Below, piece by piece: positions 25,646 to 36,651 of a stretch of 64,000 nt of DNA. How positions within the stretch are numbered: the first letter of the stretch is position 1; every line of letters starts with the position of its first letter. Source of the stretch: Rebecca billardiae RCC1528 (lineage: Eukaryota; Protista; Haptophyta); NCBI GenBank assembly GCA_965240325.2, contig OZ251228.1:310001-374000 (forward strand). Reading direction: 5' to 3'. The notes below the pieces were generated by a model, which searched no databases, was not told the origin of the DNA, and saw only the letters and a list, made by a program, of their open reading frames with translations. Made by a program: the position numbers and the translations under genes.

Positions 25646-26035
25646 ATGCGCAGCGCCGCCGGGTATGGCGCGGCGGCGGCGGCAGCAGCGGTGGTGGTGC
25701 TTGGCGGTGGGCTCACGTGCGCGCAGCCCGTCGATACGCAGCCCGGCTGCTCCCCCGCGGGCGAGTGCCTGCCGTGCGCGCCCGAGCGCAAGGACGACTT
25801 GCTCTGCGCGGCGACGGGCTTTGCACAGGAGCTTACGTGTGCGAGCGCGAGCGGTGCAGCCAACACGACAAAGCTCGTGAGCTGCGTGTCGCTCAGAGGG
25901 GACGCGGGCAACTTTATGCGGTTCGAGCTCGTCATGCTCATCGTGTTCATCGCGTCTCTGCTCGTCGCCAACCGGCGCAAGGCAAGGCTGCTCGCACTGC
26001 AACACCATCGCATCTCACAATACCTGCACACCTGA
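25646..26035 (+). CDS. JTB (jumping translocation breakpoint)-like small membrane protein
   Basis: Signal peptide; six-Cys pattern C..GECLPC...C..TGF.QELTC...SC; FMRFE; TM helix; basic tail RRKARL. Confidence 0.75.
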   Translation: MRSAAGYGAAAAAAAVVVLGGGLTCAQPVDTQPGCSPAGECLPCAPERKDDLLCAATGFAQELTCASASGAANTTKLVSCVSLRGDAGNFMRFELVMLIVFIASLLVANRRKARLLALQHHRISQYLHT

Positions 26036-26783
26036 GGCACTTTGGGCCTCTGGCTGTCAGCTTGGGGCGTGCACTTGCTCACGCCGCGAGCCGCGAGCTG
26101 AGCCGCTCAGCGGGACCGGAGCCGTGCACGCGACTGCTCCTTGGCTCGACAAGGTGCACCTGAGAGATCGCCGCCTGGCATGCCGACCCAATCCGCATCA
26201 CCGTAAACAACCACACCGCACGCAAGCTGACATCGGGCCGATTCCACACCCGCGTCATCATTGCCGGATGTTGCCGAGGCTTGCTAAGTTGGCGTGACTC
26301 ACCGCGGAACACCATCGATTTGGTTTTGCACCAAGGGCTGTACCCACGGTCACCGCCGCCGCCGCGCGGAATGCCCGTAAATCACCCTGGCAGCCCCCTG
26401 GCCCTGGGACCTGGCACCGAGTCTCGGAGTGCGCGGCCAGCGGCTGCGCACAGACTGCCTAAGCAATTCAGACGACGCTGTAGAGTCGCTGACGCATCGT
26501 CACTCGTCACCATGTGGCACGCCGACGGCCGTCTCGTCATCAGCAGACGCGATACGGTGGAATGGCCTTATGACCTGCAGTGCCACCACTCCACCAGGCA
26601 AGGCCGTCAAGCCGACAAGCCCCACAAAAGTTCTTGATGACGAGGCCACGACCGATCGAGACGCCATGCCCAAGACGGCGGGTAAACTGAAAACTCTATA
26701 TCAGAGCCAATCAGCAATAATATCGGCACTGCACCTGGTGCAGCAAGTGCATCCAGACCGAGAGGGCGCAGGCCGTCGTCACC

Positions 26784-27770
26784 ATGATGTGCGCGGTGCT
26801 CGCCTCGCTCCTCGTCTCGCCGCTTGCAATGCACGGCGGAGTCCTGACGTCGAGGTCAGCACGGTCGGTCGCGCGGTACTCCGTGATGACAGCGCCAGCC
26901 GCCAAGGTGTGCACGCGATCCCCAGCTGCCACGCGCACGTGTGCGTGTCTGGCGGCGTTCCTGCTGCGTGCCCACACCGTGCCCTCCCTCTCGCGCTGTG
27001 GCTGCGGCCGCTCCAGGCGGAGGGCTTTGTGCAGACCGAAATGCGCAAGGCGGCGATGGAGCTGCACACAAAAGACCAGGCGCCGCGCGAGGGGCAGCAG
27101 CGCGCCCAGAAGCCGGTCGCCAAGTGGACCCCGACGCTTGCAGGCTACTTGCAGTTCCTCGTCGATTCGCGCGAGGTGTATGCGGTGATGGAGCGCGTGG
27201 TCGGCGAGAAGGAGGAGCTCGCGGGTCTGCGGAATACCGGGCTGGAGCGCACGAAAGGGCTCGACGCGGACATCGCGTGGATGCAGAGCGAGCACGGCCT
27301 CGCGCCGCCTGAGCCGACGAGCGCCGCCGCCGACTACGCGGCTTCGCTGCCTGCGATGAGCGTCCCTGCGTTCATCTGCCACTTCTACAACTACTACTTC
27401 GCGCACACGGCGGGCGGGCGGATGATCGGCAAGCAGATGTCGGACATGCTACTCGACGGCGCGACGCTCGAGTTCTACAAGGTGCGCTGCGCCCGCCTCG
27501 CCCGCCGTTGGGGGAGATGACCACCGCACACAGGCCGCGCCCCAGGCTCAGCTAAGCACGCGATGCGCTGCGCCCGTGCGCCCGGCCTCGCCGTGCGCCG
27601 TGCGCCGCGCGCAGTGGGATGGCGACGTGAAGGAGATGCTGGACGCCACCCGCGCGGAGATTGACCGCATGGCGGCCGCATGGTCGGACGCCGAGCGCTC
27701 CGAGTGCCTCGCTGAGACGGCCGCCACGTTCAAGGGCAGCGGCGGGCTGCTCGCGTCGCTCAAGGGGTGA
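26784..27770 (+). CDS. HO1: Plastid-targeted plant-type heme oxygenase (HY1/HO1); exons 26784-26906, 27017-27481, 27615-27770
   Basis: FVQTEMRKAAMELHTKDQAPREG, YLQFLVDS, HFYNYYFAHTAGGRMIG, LEFYKW; exon 1 encodes a signal peptide plus transit peptide. Confidence 0.94.
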
Positions 27771-28363
27771 GCTCTCAACGGATGGTGCGGATGGAGGCGC
27801 GGTGCCGTGCGGCCGAGCTGGGTGCGCACCGCGAACAGGGTAATGGGGTGCCTGCGCGCCTGAGCCTGTCTCAGCCTTTCCACTGGAGCCGATGGGCGCT
27901 GTCCGGCGGCCCGGTTTTGCGCCATCAACGCCAGTCAGGGACTCTCAGGAGTCCACGTCGGCACGACACAGCCTCAGCGTCGTCGGCGACGTATCCGCAC
28001 GTTCGGAGGCCCCAGCGGTGGGCAGCTGCGTTGCTGATGGCAACTGGAGGCATTAACACCCTGTCGCGCGCGACAGGAGCCTTTCCGGCCCATTCGCTGT
28101 GCATGAGGCTGTGAGCCGAAAGTTGTCCGTGATGTGACTCCGAGTCTGCGACGACTAGCAGCGTGTTTGCCGCGTCACGTCGGACGAACTCAGTCACAGT
28201 GCAGCCCGCGATCAGCGAAAATCGCAGTTGTAATAAAAAAGGGGTCTCCGCTCCGCCGCCTGTTCCGCTGTGAATTCATCAGCAGCCTTTTTCGGGTCCG
28301 GCGGAATCCGCCGCGGCGACCTCACTTCCCGGTGAACTGCGGCGCACCGCTCGCGGTTGGGCA

Positions 28364-30037
28364 ATGTCGCGCGAAGCGGAAGACTCGGACGAGCTCTCAC
28401 CGCTGGCGACGGGTGAGAGGGCGGCGGAGGACGGCGCACTCCTGAGCGGCGCGTCGAGGTGGTCGAGGACCACCATTCGTGTCGTCCGCGTGCTGGTCGC
28501 GACGGCAGTGCTCGTCGCGGCTGTGTACGGCGCGCACGCGATCGCAAAGCTCGTCGGCGTCTCCGACGGCCTCGGCGGTGGCGACGACGGGTCGTCAGAC
28601 AGGTTCCACTTCAGCTCGCGCGCCGAGACGAGCCGCGTGCCGCCCGTGCCCAAGCCCTCCTTCGCCGAGCTGCAGGAGAACTCGACGTTCGACCCGGAGT
28701 GCGGCCACCGTGGCAAGCTGAGCGAGTGCCCGGGGTTTGCGATGTGCCTGCGCACGACGGACGGGCACGACGACGCGCACTTCGTCGCGAAGATGCGCGA
28801 GCGGCGTGAGCTCCCGCTCGAGCCCATCGTCCCGCGCTGCACGCAGGCGACGTGCCTCGACCGCTCGCGCTGCGCGCCGCCGTTCAAGGTGTACGTGTAC
28901 CGGGCGGAGGAGGTGTCGCACGCGCTGCAGCAGTGCATCAACGAGCCGACGTTCGACGAGGAGATGCGGCGCAAGTACGTCACCGACGACCCCGAGCGCG
29001 CGTGCGTCTTCTGGTTCGAGAAGCCCGGCCGCTGCCCGCGGCTCGCCGCGTTCCGCGGGTTGCCGCACTGGGGCAAGGACGGGCTGAACAATTTTATTGC
29101 GGACCGCGGCGACAAGGGCACGACGGCGGAGGAGCGCGCGCACTACCTGGGCCGCGCGACGATGGCGATGGGCCACGCCACGTACGAGCGCTTCGTGCCC
29201 CGCCTCGACATCGCCATCTCGCTGCGCGGCGGGCGCGCGCTGCCCAAGGCGGAGAAGCTGCTGCAGGGCACCGCGCCGTGGGGCCGCAAGTGGTTGCTCA
29301 CGTTCAAGGGGACGTACTCGCACCCGGCGCGGCGGAAAGCGCTCGCGCTGCACGACGAGTCGCGGCGCGTGGTGATCGCGGGGTACCCGCACTTCCACAA
29401 CTGCGACTCCACCACCTCGCCCGGCCGGCCGCGGCGCAACCAGGGCAAGATCGAGGTGCCTCCGCTGCACGCCGACTGCTGCCGCAAGATGCGCGAGCTG
29501 TACAATTCGTACAACTTCATCGACCTGATGAACTCGACGTTCGCGCTCGTGCTGCCCGGGCGGCAGCCCGCGTCGTACCGGCTGCCCGAGGTGATGGCCG
29601 CGGGCTCGATCCCCGTCTTCTTCGGCTTCGAGGGCGCGTTCCGCCCGTACGAGGAGGTGATCGACTGGCCGGCCATCTCGCTCTTTGTCGCCGCCGACGT
29701 CGAGCCGGAGGTTCTGCTGGGCACCCTCGAGCGGCTGGCGAGGGACCGCGCGAAGGTGGCGGCGATGCAGCGCGCGGGCGCGGCGGTGTACCGCGAGTAC
29801 ATCGGCTCGGAGGGCTCGGACAAGTCAAACCGCGCCATCCTCGAGACGCTCCGCCGCCGCTTCGAGTTCGAGGACCGGCGGCGACTGAGCGAACGCGGCG
29901 CTGCGAATGGCACCACTCGCACCGGCGCCGCGGAGGGCGCGGAGGGCGCGTCGAGCGCCGGGCGGGCCGCGGGCGACGCGCGCTCCTCTGAGTCGGCGTC
30001 GCGCTGGCAGCGCGTGTGGCGCACGACGTACAGCTGA
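28364..30037 (+). CDS. Exostosin-family (GT47) glycosyltransferase, type II membrane; intronless
   Basis: N-terminal TM; FKVYVY, TDDPERAC, LPHWGKDGLN, WLLTFKG, NSTFALVLPG...SYRLPEVMAAGSIPV, PYEEVIDW. Confidence 0.9.
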   Translation: MSREAEDSDELSPLATGERAAEDGALLSGASRWSRTTIRVVRVLVATAVLVAAVYGAHAIAKLVGVSDGLGGGDDGSSDRFHFSSRAETSRVPPVPKPSFAELQENSTFDPECGHRGKLSECPGFAMCLRTTDGHDDAHFVAKMRERRELPLEPIVPRCTQATCLDRSRCAPPFKVYVYRAEEVSHALQQCINEPTFDEEMRRKYVTDDPERACVFWFEKPGRCPRLAAFRGLPHWGKDGLNNFIADRGDKGTTAEERAHYLGRATMAMGHATYERFVPRLDIAISLRGGRALPKAEKLLQGTAPWGRKWLLTFKGTYSHPARRKALALHDESRRVVIAGYPHFHNCDSTTSPGRPRRNQGKIEVPPLHADCCRKMRELYNSYNFIDLMNSTFALVLPGRQPASYRLPEVMAAGSIPVFFGFEGAFRPYEEVIDWPAISLFVAADVEPEVLLGTLERLARDRAKVAAMQRAGAAVYREYIGSEGSDKSNRAILETLRRRFEFEDRRRLSERGAANGTTRTGAAEGAEGASSAGRAAGDARSSESASRWQRVWRTTYS

Positions 30038-30436
30038 CACGGCCAAATGTCCGAGCGCCAGGCTGTGCTCTGTGGCTGGCTCAGACTGCAGAGTCGCGGT
30101 CGTGCGGCGCCGGGCCCACGGCCAGGCGGGTACGGCGCCCGAGGCGCCCGGCGGCACAGCCCTCTGGTCAGTCTGGATCCGCAGGCACGGCCGTCGGACT
30201 CGGTCCGCGCGCGGTCGACGGGTCGTTTCCCGCCGAAACCGCCCCGCGACTTCAGTGTATCATTATAGACCGAGCAGCTGCCGCTAGCCTTGCTCGCAGT
30301 CAACACCCACTACCTGTCCAGCAACTTCCCGGCCGCCGCACGTTGCTACTAAAGTCCGTACTACACAGACGCGTACTGTGGCTTCATGGGCGGTGACACT
30401 ACTGACAGTTCAGATGAGTGAGTTCACTCACTCTGT

Positions 30437-30509
30437 CAGTTGGCGCCGTGGCGGGCGTCAATCTCGTCGCCTGCCTGAGCTGTGTGCGTCTCTTGCTCTT
30501 AGTAAACTG
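30437..30509 (-). repeat. Dispersed TA|CAGT repeat, copy 4 (longest, inverted)
   Basis: Reverse complement of the copies above; TA at 30510-30511. Confidence 0.85.
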
Positions 30510-30620
30510 TAGCTACCGCGAGATCTCGATCTCGTCCAACTTGGGAAGCCACCTCGGCGAACGGAATGGAGGCTTGACGCCGCCGAGTTTGGCCCGCGAC
30601 GCTCGCGCCCCTCGCCGACG

Positions 30621-31871
30621 ATGGTGTACTACATCCTCCGCGGTGGGTACGAGTCAGTGGGCTCGGAGTTGGACGCGTCGAGTCGTTCGCGTCTCTCACG
30701 TGCCGTCGCGCTCGTGCTTTGCACCGCGCTGATCGCCGGCGCACTTGTCACGGGCGCGCGTCGCGCGGCCGGCGCTGCCGACGTGGACGGGTCGGCAGCA
30801 GATCTTGACGCTGATGGCTGCGTGCGCACGGCCGCGCGGCCTTTCAACGCGTCGATGGATGTCGGATTCGTCTTCGCCGCCGCCGGCACCTACGCGCATC
30901 GCCACGCGTACCGCTGCATCGCTGCGATGGAGACGCTCGTGCGCGTCGGCGGTTGGCATGGCCCAATCTACTTGCTCACGCACGGCGGCGAGCCGTGCTT
31001 CGACGCGGAGCTGCTGCGGCGCACGACGGGCAACCCGCACATCCACGTTGTCGGCGGCGCGTTCGACCTGATGCACAACCGCGCGCCGCGCGAGCACAAG
31101 CCTCGGTTCAAATATGACGGCCGCGCAAAGGCGCTCAAAGCTCTGATGTTCGACGTGATCGAGCGCTGGGCGGCGGCGGGCGGCGGCGGCGGCACGGCGG
31201 CGCGGCCGCACACGCCGCCGCCCGTGCTCATCTTCCACGACTGCGACAAGGTCATCGCGCGGCCGGGGTGCATCGAGGGCATGTTCACCGGGCCCGGCGG
31301 CGGCGGCGGCGCCGCCGCCGCCCAACTGCCGCTCCCGCAGCAGTTTGGGCCGCAGCGGCAGATGCTGCTGAGCAACATGGAGGAGGCGTGCATCCGCGGG
31401 AGTAAGGCGCGCTGCGGCGACGGGATCCACACGGGCGTGGTCGCGCTGCACACCAAGTGGTCCCGGCCGCTCGTGCACGAGTGGGCGCGCCGCCAGATGC
31501 GCTCGCCCAAGTCCTACGACAGGAACACGCTGTGGGAGGCGTGGAACTCGAGCGTGCGCGCGGACGGCACGCACGCGTGGACGATCGGAAACATCTCGGA
31601 CGCGTTCCGCGACCGGATGTGGAACAAGGACCGGCCGCTCTCGTGCATCAACCACGTCTCCGGCGGTCGGTGCCACGCGAACGGCCCGCACGCCGCGCGC
31701 CGGCTGATGCGCAAGCTGTGCATCCGCTCGGAGTACCCGCCGCAGTGCACCGAGACGAGGCGCAAGCCCGGCGAGTTCGCGCTCGGCTGGTGCGGCGGCT
31801 GGTCCGACAGCCCAGCTGCGGCCGCCCCCGCGGCAGAAGCCGAAAGCGCCGACTCGGCCGACGACGGCTGA
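30621..31871 (+). CDS. Type II membrane protein, putative GT-A fold glycosyltransferase
   Basis: N-terminal TM; GGWHGPIYLLT; KALKAL; IFHDCD (DxD); HTGVVAL; YDRNTL. Family uncertain. Confidence 0.65.
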   Translation: MVYYILRGGYESVGSELDASSRSRLSRAVALVLCTALIAGALVTGARRAAGAADVDGSAADLDADGCVRTAARPFNASMDVGFVFAAAGTYAHRHAYRCIAAMETLVRVGGWHGPIYLLTHGGEPCFDAELLRRTTGNPHIHVVGGAFDLMHNRAPREHKPRFKYDGRAKALKALMFDVIERWAAAGGGGGTAARPHTPPPVLIFHDCDKVIARPGCIEGMFTGPGGGGGAAAAQLPLPQQFGPQRQMLLSNMEEACIRGSKARCGDGIHTGVVALHTKWSRPLVHEWARRQMRSPKSYDRNTLWEAWNSSVRADGTHAWTIGNISDAFRDRMWNKDRPLSCINHVSGGRCHANGPHAARRLMRKLCIRSEYPPQCTETRRKPGEFALGWCGGWSDSPAAAAPAAEAESADSADDG

Positions 31872-32490
31872 GAGTGCCAGGCGACAGCGGGCACAGGGCA
31901 GGGGGCGGCAGCCGGCACCAAGTCTAATCGGTCCAAGTCCGACCCGCAGTCCGCGCAGTCGGACCGCCTTTACTATTAAGTATAACCACGCGAGCGCGAC
32001 ATGCTTGCATGCTGCCCCCAGGCCGCCTCCGGGACTAGTGATGGATTAAAGCCGGCCGGCCCGGCGGCCTCTCACTCTCAGACCGTGTCCGTGACCGCTG
32101 CCGCCGCTGGCGCCTGTATTATTACTGTAAGAGCTGATGATGAGTCATGCACAGACCGGCTAGGGGGGCCAAAGTAAGCCGAAAGCGCCGACTCGGCCGA
32201 CGACGGCTGAGAGTGCCAGGCGACAGCGGGCACAGGGCAGGGGGCGGCAGCCGGCACCAAGTCTAATCGGTCCAAGTCCGACCCGCAGTCCGCGCAGTCG
32301 GACCGCCTTTATTATTAAGTATAACCACGCGAGCGCGATATGCTTGCATGCTGCCCCCAGGCCGCCTCCGGGACTAGTGATGGATTAAAGCCGGCCGGCC
32401 CGGCGGCCTCTCACTCTCAGACCGTGACCGCTGCCGCCGCTGGCGCCTGTATTTACTGTAAGAGCTGATGATGAGTCATGCACAGACCGG
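31837..32490. repeat. Recent tandem duplication of the gene 3' end and UTR (31837-32159 and 32176-32490)
   Basis: Copies of 323 and 315 bp differing by two substitutions and two small indels; 16-bp spacer. Confidence 0.95.
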
Positions 32491-33305
32491 GCACCGGCGG
32501 TCTCGTCGGCCGAGCCGTGGGCGCGTGGCAGTCCGTATCAAGGCACGGACCCGGTCGGGATCGTGACGACTGACGTCCGGATCGTGCGGCGTGCCCGTGG
32601 CCGTGGCCGTGCCCGCCGGTGGGCGTGGCCCATCGCCATCGGTGGCAGCATAGTAACTCGGAACCACTCAACCAGGGCCTATTAATATGATGTCGCTCTC
32701 GGTCTCGCTGCGGAGTGCAGTCCGGCAGCCGCGCGGACCGCCGGGGTAGGCGGTGCGGACCGTACTAATACTATGACTATCGGTCTATCCGTAAGACCGT
32801 ATCGGCTGAATCGGCCGCACCGGTCCGTGCTCCGCCGGCGCCTCACTGCTCGCCCTGCTCCGGGTGCCAGTCCCGATTCCGGCCCGCTCCGGGGAATTAT
32901 TGGGGGTCGTGAATGTGCACGTACGGTCAGTGACGGTGACTGTCATCACGTACGTGATTGCGTGCTCGCTCGGTGCGGCGGCAGGTACTAGCTAGCTCAA
33001 CCGCTCAACATGTGGCACCGGTTGCAAGCTGACGCAGCGCTGCTACTAGTACTGGTACTGCGCAGCGTTGAGAGTTTTGCCGTGCTAAGTGCTGAGCGAT
33101 GATGTGACCGAAAAGAAAGTAAGAAATAACTAACCCTCATCCAAAAAAGGCCGCCCGGCGGCGGGGTTCGTGATTCGTCACGACAGTTGCTGCCCGGACT
33201 TGGCGCCACGCGCTTGAAGCCGGCGCCGGGTCGGGCCTGCCGAGCGTCAAGCCGCGCAAGCGAACTTGGTGTGAGGGCGCTGCGCCAGTGCGGGCACGGC
33301 GCGCG

Positions 33306-34591
33306 ATGCGCCGTCGACCCGGGGAGCTGCTCGGCGTGCGCACCGCGCTGCTCGCGTGCTTGCTACTCGCTCGTGTCAGCGCCTTCGACCTGGGCCTGCG
33401 GCTGCGCTCGCGCGTCGCGCGCGCGCAATGCTCTCGCCACCTGCCCGAAAGGGCGCGCGTGAGCGTGCATGCGGTGGACGCAGCTGACGATGCAGGCGGG
33501 GCCCGTGGCCGCCCGGACATCGAGGAGTGTCTGCGACCATCGGCCCTCGCCGACATCTCCGCCTATGGCGCGTACGACGACGACTCTGCGCAATACGACC
33601 CAACGGCTGCCAACTCGCCGACAGCCACCTTGGCAAAGGACGACAAGGATCAGTCGATCGAGGAGATCCTCCGGCAGCTGGAGAGCATCCAGCAGGTACG
33701 CACGCGGCACACACGCACCCGCAGCGGCGTTGGCCGAGGGCGGGGTGCGCGCGGGCACGCCGCCGCCACAAGTGTGCGATGCGCGCGCGCAGGCTTTGGC
33801 GCCGAGCCGCGCGCTCTGCGCCTGCCCCACGCGCCGTGTTCCTCGCCGCAGGGCAACCCGAAAAAGATCGTGATCCTGGGCACGCGGCACTGCTCATTCT
33901 TGCACCAGCAGATCATCGAGCTCCTGAGCTACGCCCTCGTCCTCTCCGGCAACCACGTGTACACCTCGGGTGCGATCGGGACACACACCGCCGTGATCCG
34001 CGGCGCGCTTCGAGCTGAGAACCAGGTGCGTGAACGCTCGCCGTGCGGCGGCACCGCGCCGGCGGGTGCGCACGGCGTGGGCCGGGCGCCATGCAGCGCG
34101 CGCACGCCCGGCCCCACGCGCCCGCGCGCCCCACGCCCACCCGCCCGCCCGCCCGCCCGCCCCTCGCAGGAGCTCCTCACCGTGATCCTGCCGCAGACCA
34201 TTGACAGGCAACCACAGGAGACGCGCACGCTGCTCGAGTCGGTCGAGCAGGTGCTCGAGCTCGGGCACAACGAGCTGCCACTCGGCTACGCGAGCCGGCT
34301 GTGCAACTCGGAGCTGCTCGCCATGGTGCGCGCGCAAGCGTCCGCGCTCGCGCATCCCCTCGCGGCGGTGTGCGCGGGACGCGCCGCCTGCACACGCTCT
34401 CCGCGCACGCCTGTGCGCTCACGGCGCGCGCCCGCGCCTCGGCACCGCCGCCGACGCGCCGCGCCGCGCGTGCGCGCCTGCAGGCGGAGCAGCTGATCGT
34501 GTTTGCATTCCATGACTCGAACACGCTGAAGGAGGCGATCCAGGAAGGCAAGGCGCGCGGCATGCTCGTGACAGTCATGTGGCTTGACTGA
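33306..34591 (+). CDS. Plastid-targeted cyanobacterial-type SLOG protein (DprA/Smf-like 'DNA recombination-mediator protein A' family); exons 33306-33695, 33852-34025, 34170-34325, 34484-34591
   Basis: KKIVILGTRH, HQQIIELLSYAL, TSGAIGT..AVIRGAL, LLTVILPQ, ASRLCN, IVFAFHDS, terminal WLD; leader ending ...VSAF. Confidence 0.85.
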
Positions 34592-35729
34592 GCTCAAGAG
34601 CTCGTCAGATCTCGGCTGGACCTTGGGGCCCTGGCGGAGGCGTGCCGGGGTCACCCGTTGTCCAAGTGTCGGCGATCTCCGCCCCATCCTGGGTGTGCCC
34701 GGGCGCATCGGCCGCGCCATTGCGATGCGCGAGGCTGCGGTGCGCCTGTCACTCGCCCGAAGCAGCACCGCGGACCGTCAATCGACAGATTGTGAATGAT
34801 TCAATCGTCATCGCCATCGATTACGATGAACGGCCCCGACCGACAATGACAGTGCAGCTGCTAACTAAATACGAATGGCGCTCTGAGTCAGCTAAGTTAC
34901 TCATCATCACACCCTGGAGTCACGGTGAATCAATATATTTAGAACCGCGCGTATTTAATTATTATTATTTACTCTTAATACTCGGACACGGTCAATTTAT
35001 ATTGTCAATTAGCAGTACGTACCGGGTATAGGAACTACCGTGCACTTCCGATTCTTCAATCATCATCAATGTCAATGATAATAATATCAGTCCCGAGTGA
35101 ATCAGTCCGGACTCAGTCTTATTGAGTCGTCCGTTATTATATATATAATATATATATATAATAATGAAACAGGCTCGTCCGTCAGTGAAAGTGACTAACT
35201 GAGTGATGAGGGCTCCGCGCCGCGGCTCAGGCTGGCGGCTCCTCTGCTGAGTAAGAGCTGAATGAGTTGTTCGTCAGTTGATGACCGTGTCTACGGGTTC
35301 AGACTCACTCATCACTCGGTTGAGCCGCGGTGAGGCCGTGAGCGCCGGGGCAGAGTGACCGGTGTGACCGCCCGGATGACACCGTCGCCGACTGTCCGAC
35401 TTGTCAGTCAGTGTCATCACGTCATCGCTGAGTCTCATCGCCGTCTCGGTCCGCGTCGGCGTCACCGACGACACCGGCTCCGATGCCCCCCCCCCCCCCC
35501 CTCCCCCCCGCGCGCGCCCGGGCGCCCCGCGCATCATCGTCCTCCGCCGGCCGGCCGGCCGGGCGGCCGCGGCCCGGTCGTGCCACAGCAGCCCCACAGC
35601 TGTCGGCCACAGCTCACAAACTCATGCACCGCGGGGCAAAGGACGAGCGGGCACGGCTCACGACCCGTGGTCACCGGCGTGGCGGGCAGCAAGGCGCACC
35701 CGCCGCCCTCGCGCGGTCTGCGCGCCTCC

Positions 35730-36584
35730 TCACGGCGCGGGGCGCGCCGCCGCCTGCGTGAGCCGCTCCTCGATGCGCGGCACGGGCACAACGCCCGCCT
35801 CCCAGCCGACCTCATCGCCCTTCGCGTTGAAGAACTCGAAGTGGGGCAGCTCGTCGACGCGGTAGATGCGCCAGATGGGCTCCATCCGCATGTCGTCCGT
35901 GTCCACCATCACCCAGTTGAACCCGTCGTCGTGCACCGCGCGGCGCTCGACCTGCGCCAGATCGCGCGCCATCTCCCGGCAGTGCGGGCAGTTGCGGCCG
36001 TAGAATTCGATCACGGTGGGCTTGCCAGAGCCGATGGCGCTCTCGAGGGGCGTGGCCTCCTGCACCATGGTCTCGAGCGTGGGCACGCCGAGCATCGTGC
36101 TCAAAGCACCGCTGGCCACGAGGCCCGCGCCGACCAGCCACACCTTTGCGCCGGCGAGCACGCCGCCCCCCGCCGCGGCCGCGGCCGCAGCACCGCCCGT
36201 GCCCCCCGCCGCGAGCGCCCCAGCGCCAGCGGCGCACGCACCGCCAGCACACACGCCGCCGGCGGTAGTAGCCACGGTACTCGCGACGGATGCGCCGCCG
36301 GCAAGCCCACCCAAGCCGATCGCCGTAGCCAGCTTGCTCGACGAGGAGGTGGGCTCGTCGGCCTCGGCGGCTGCGGCGGCACCTGCTGCACGATCATCCG
36401 CGCCGCCGCCCGGGCTGCCAGAGGGCGGCGGCTGCGAGGACGCCGACGAGGGCGACGTGTCGAGGAGCACGCATGCCCGTGGCCGAGCGACGCGCGACCG
36501 TGTGCCCGTCACCAGCGACGTCCCGTGTGCCGCCGCGCTCAGCAGGAGCACGGCGGCCAAGAGCCCACGCGCGCGCAGCATCAT
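35730..36584 (-). CDS. HCF164: HCF164/TxlA-like thylakoid thioredoxin
   Basis: Signal peptide, TM, then GKPTVIEFYGRNCPHCREMA (CxxC), YRVDELPHF.F...G. Confidence 0.78.
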   Translation of the reverse strand: MMLRARGLLAAVLLLSAAAHGTSLVTGTRSRVARPRACVLLDTSPSSASSQPPPSGSPGGGADDRAAGAAAAAEADEPTSSSSKLATAIGLGGLAGGASVASTVATTAGGVCAGGACAAGAGALAAGGTGGAAAAAAAGGGVLAGAKVWLVGAGLVASGALSTMLGVPTLETMVQEATPLESAIGSGKPTVIEFYGRNCPHCREMARDLAQVERRAVHDDGFNWVMVDTDDMRMEPIWRIYRVDELPHFEFFNAKGDEVGWEAGVVPVPRIEERLTQAAARPAP

Positions 36585-36651
36585 CGGATCGCGATGACGG
36601 TCGTCGCGGGATCTCGCAGTCGCCAGATTGTGCGTCGCGCCCATCGTCAGC

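Noticed and set aside
4230-27770. Light-sensing cluster (histidine kinase, cryptochrome, heme oxygenase)
   Set aside because: The genes are separated by unrelated housekeeping genes, and the kinase has no bilin-binding GAF/PHY module.
30437-30456. CA-GT-TGGCGCCGTGGCGGG as an LTR end plus primer-binding site
   Set aside because: No LTR pair or gag/pol nearby; the sequence is the inner part of the TA|CAGT repeat.
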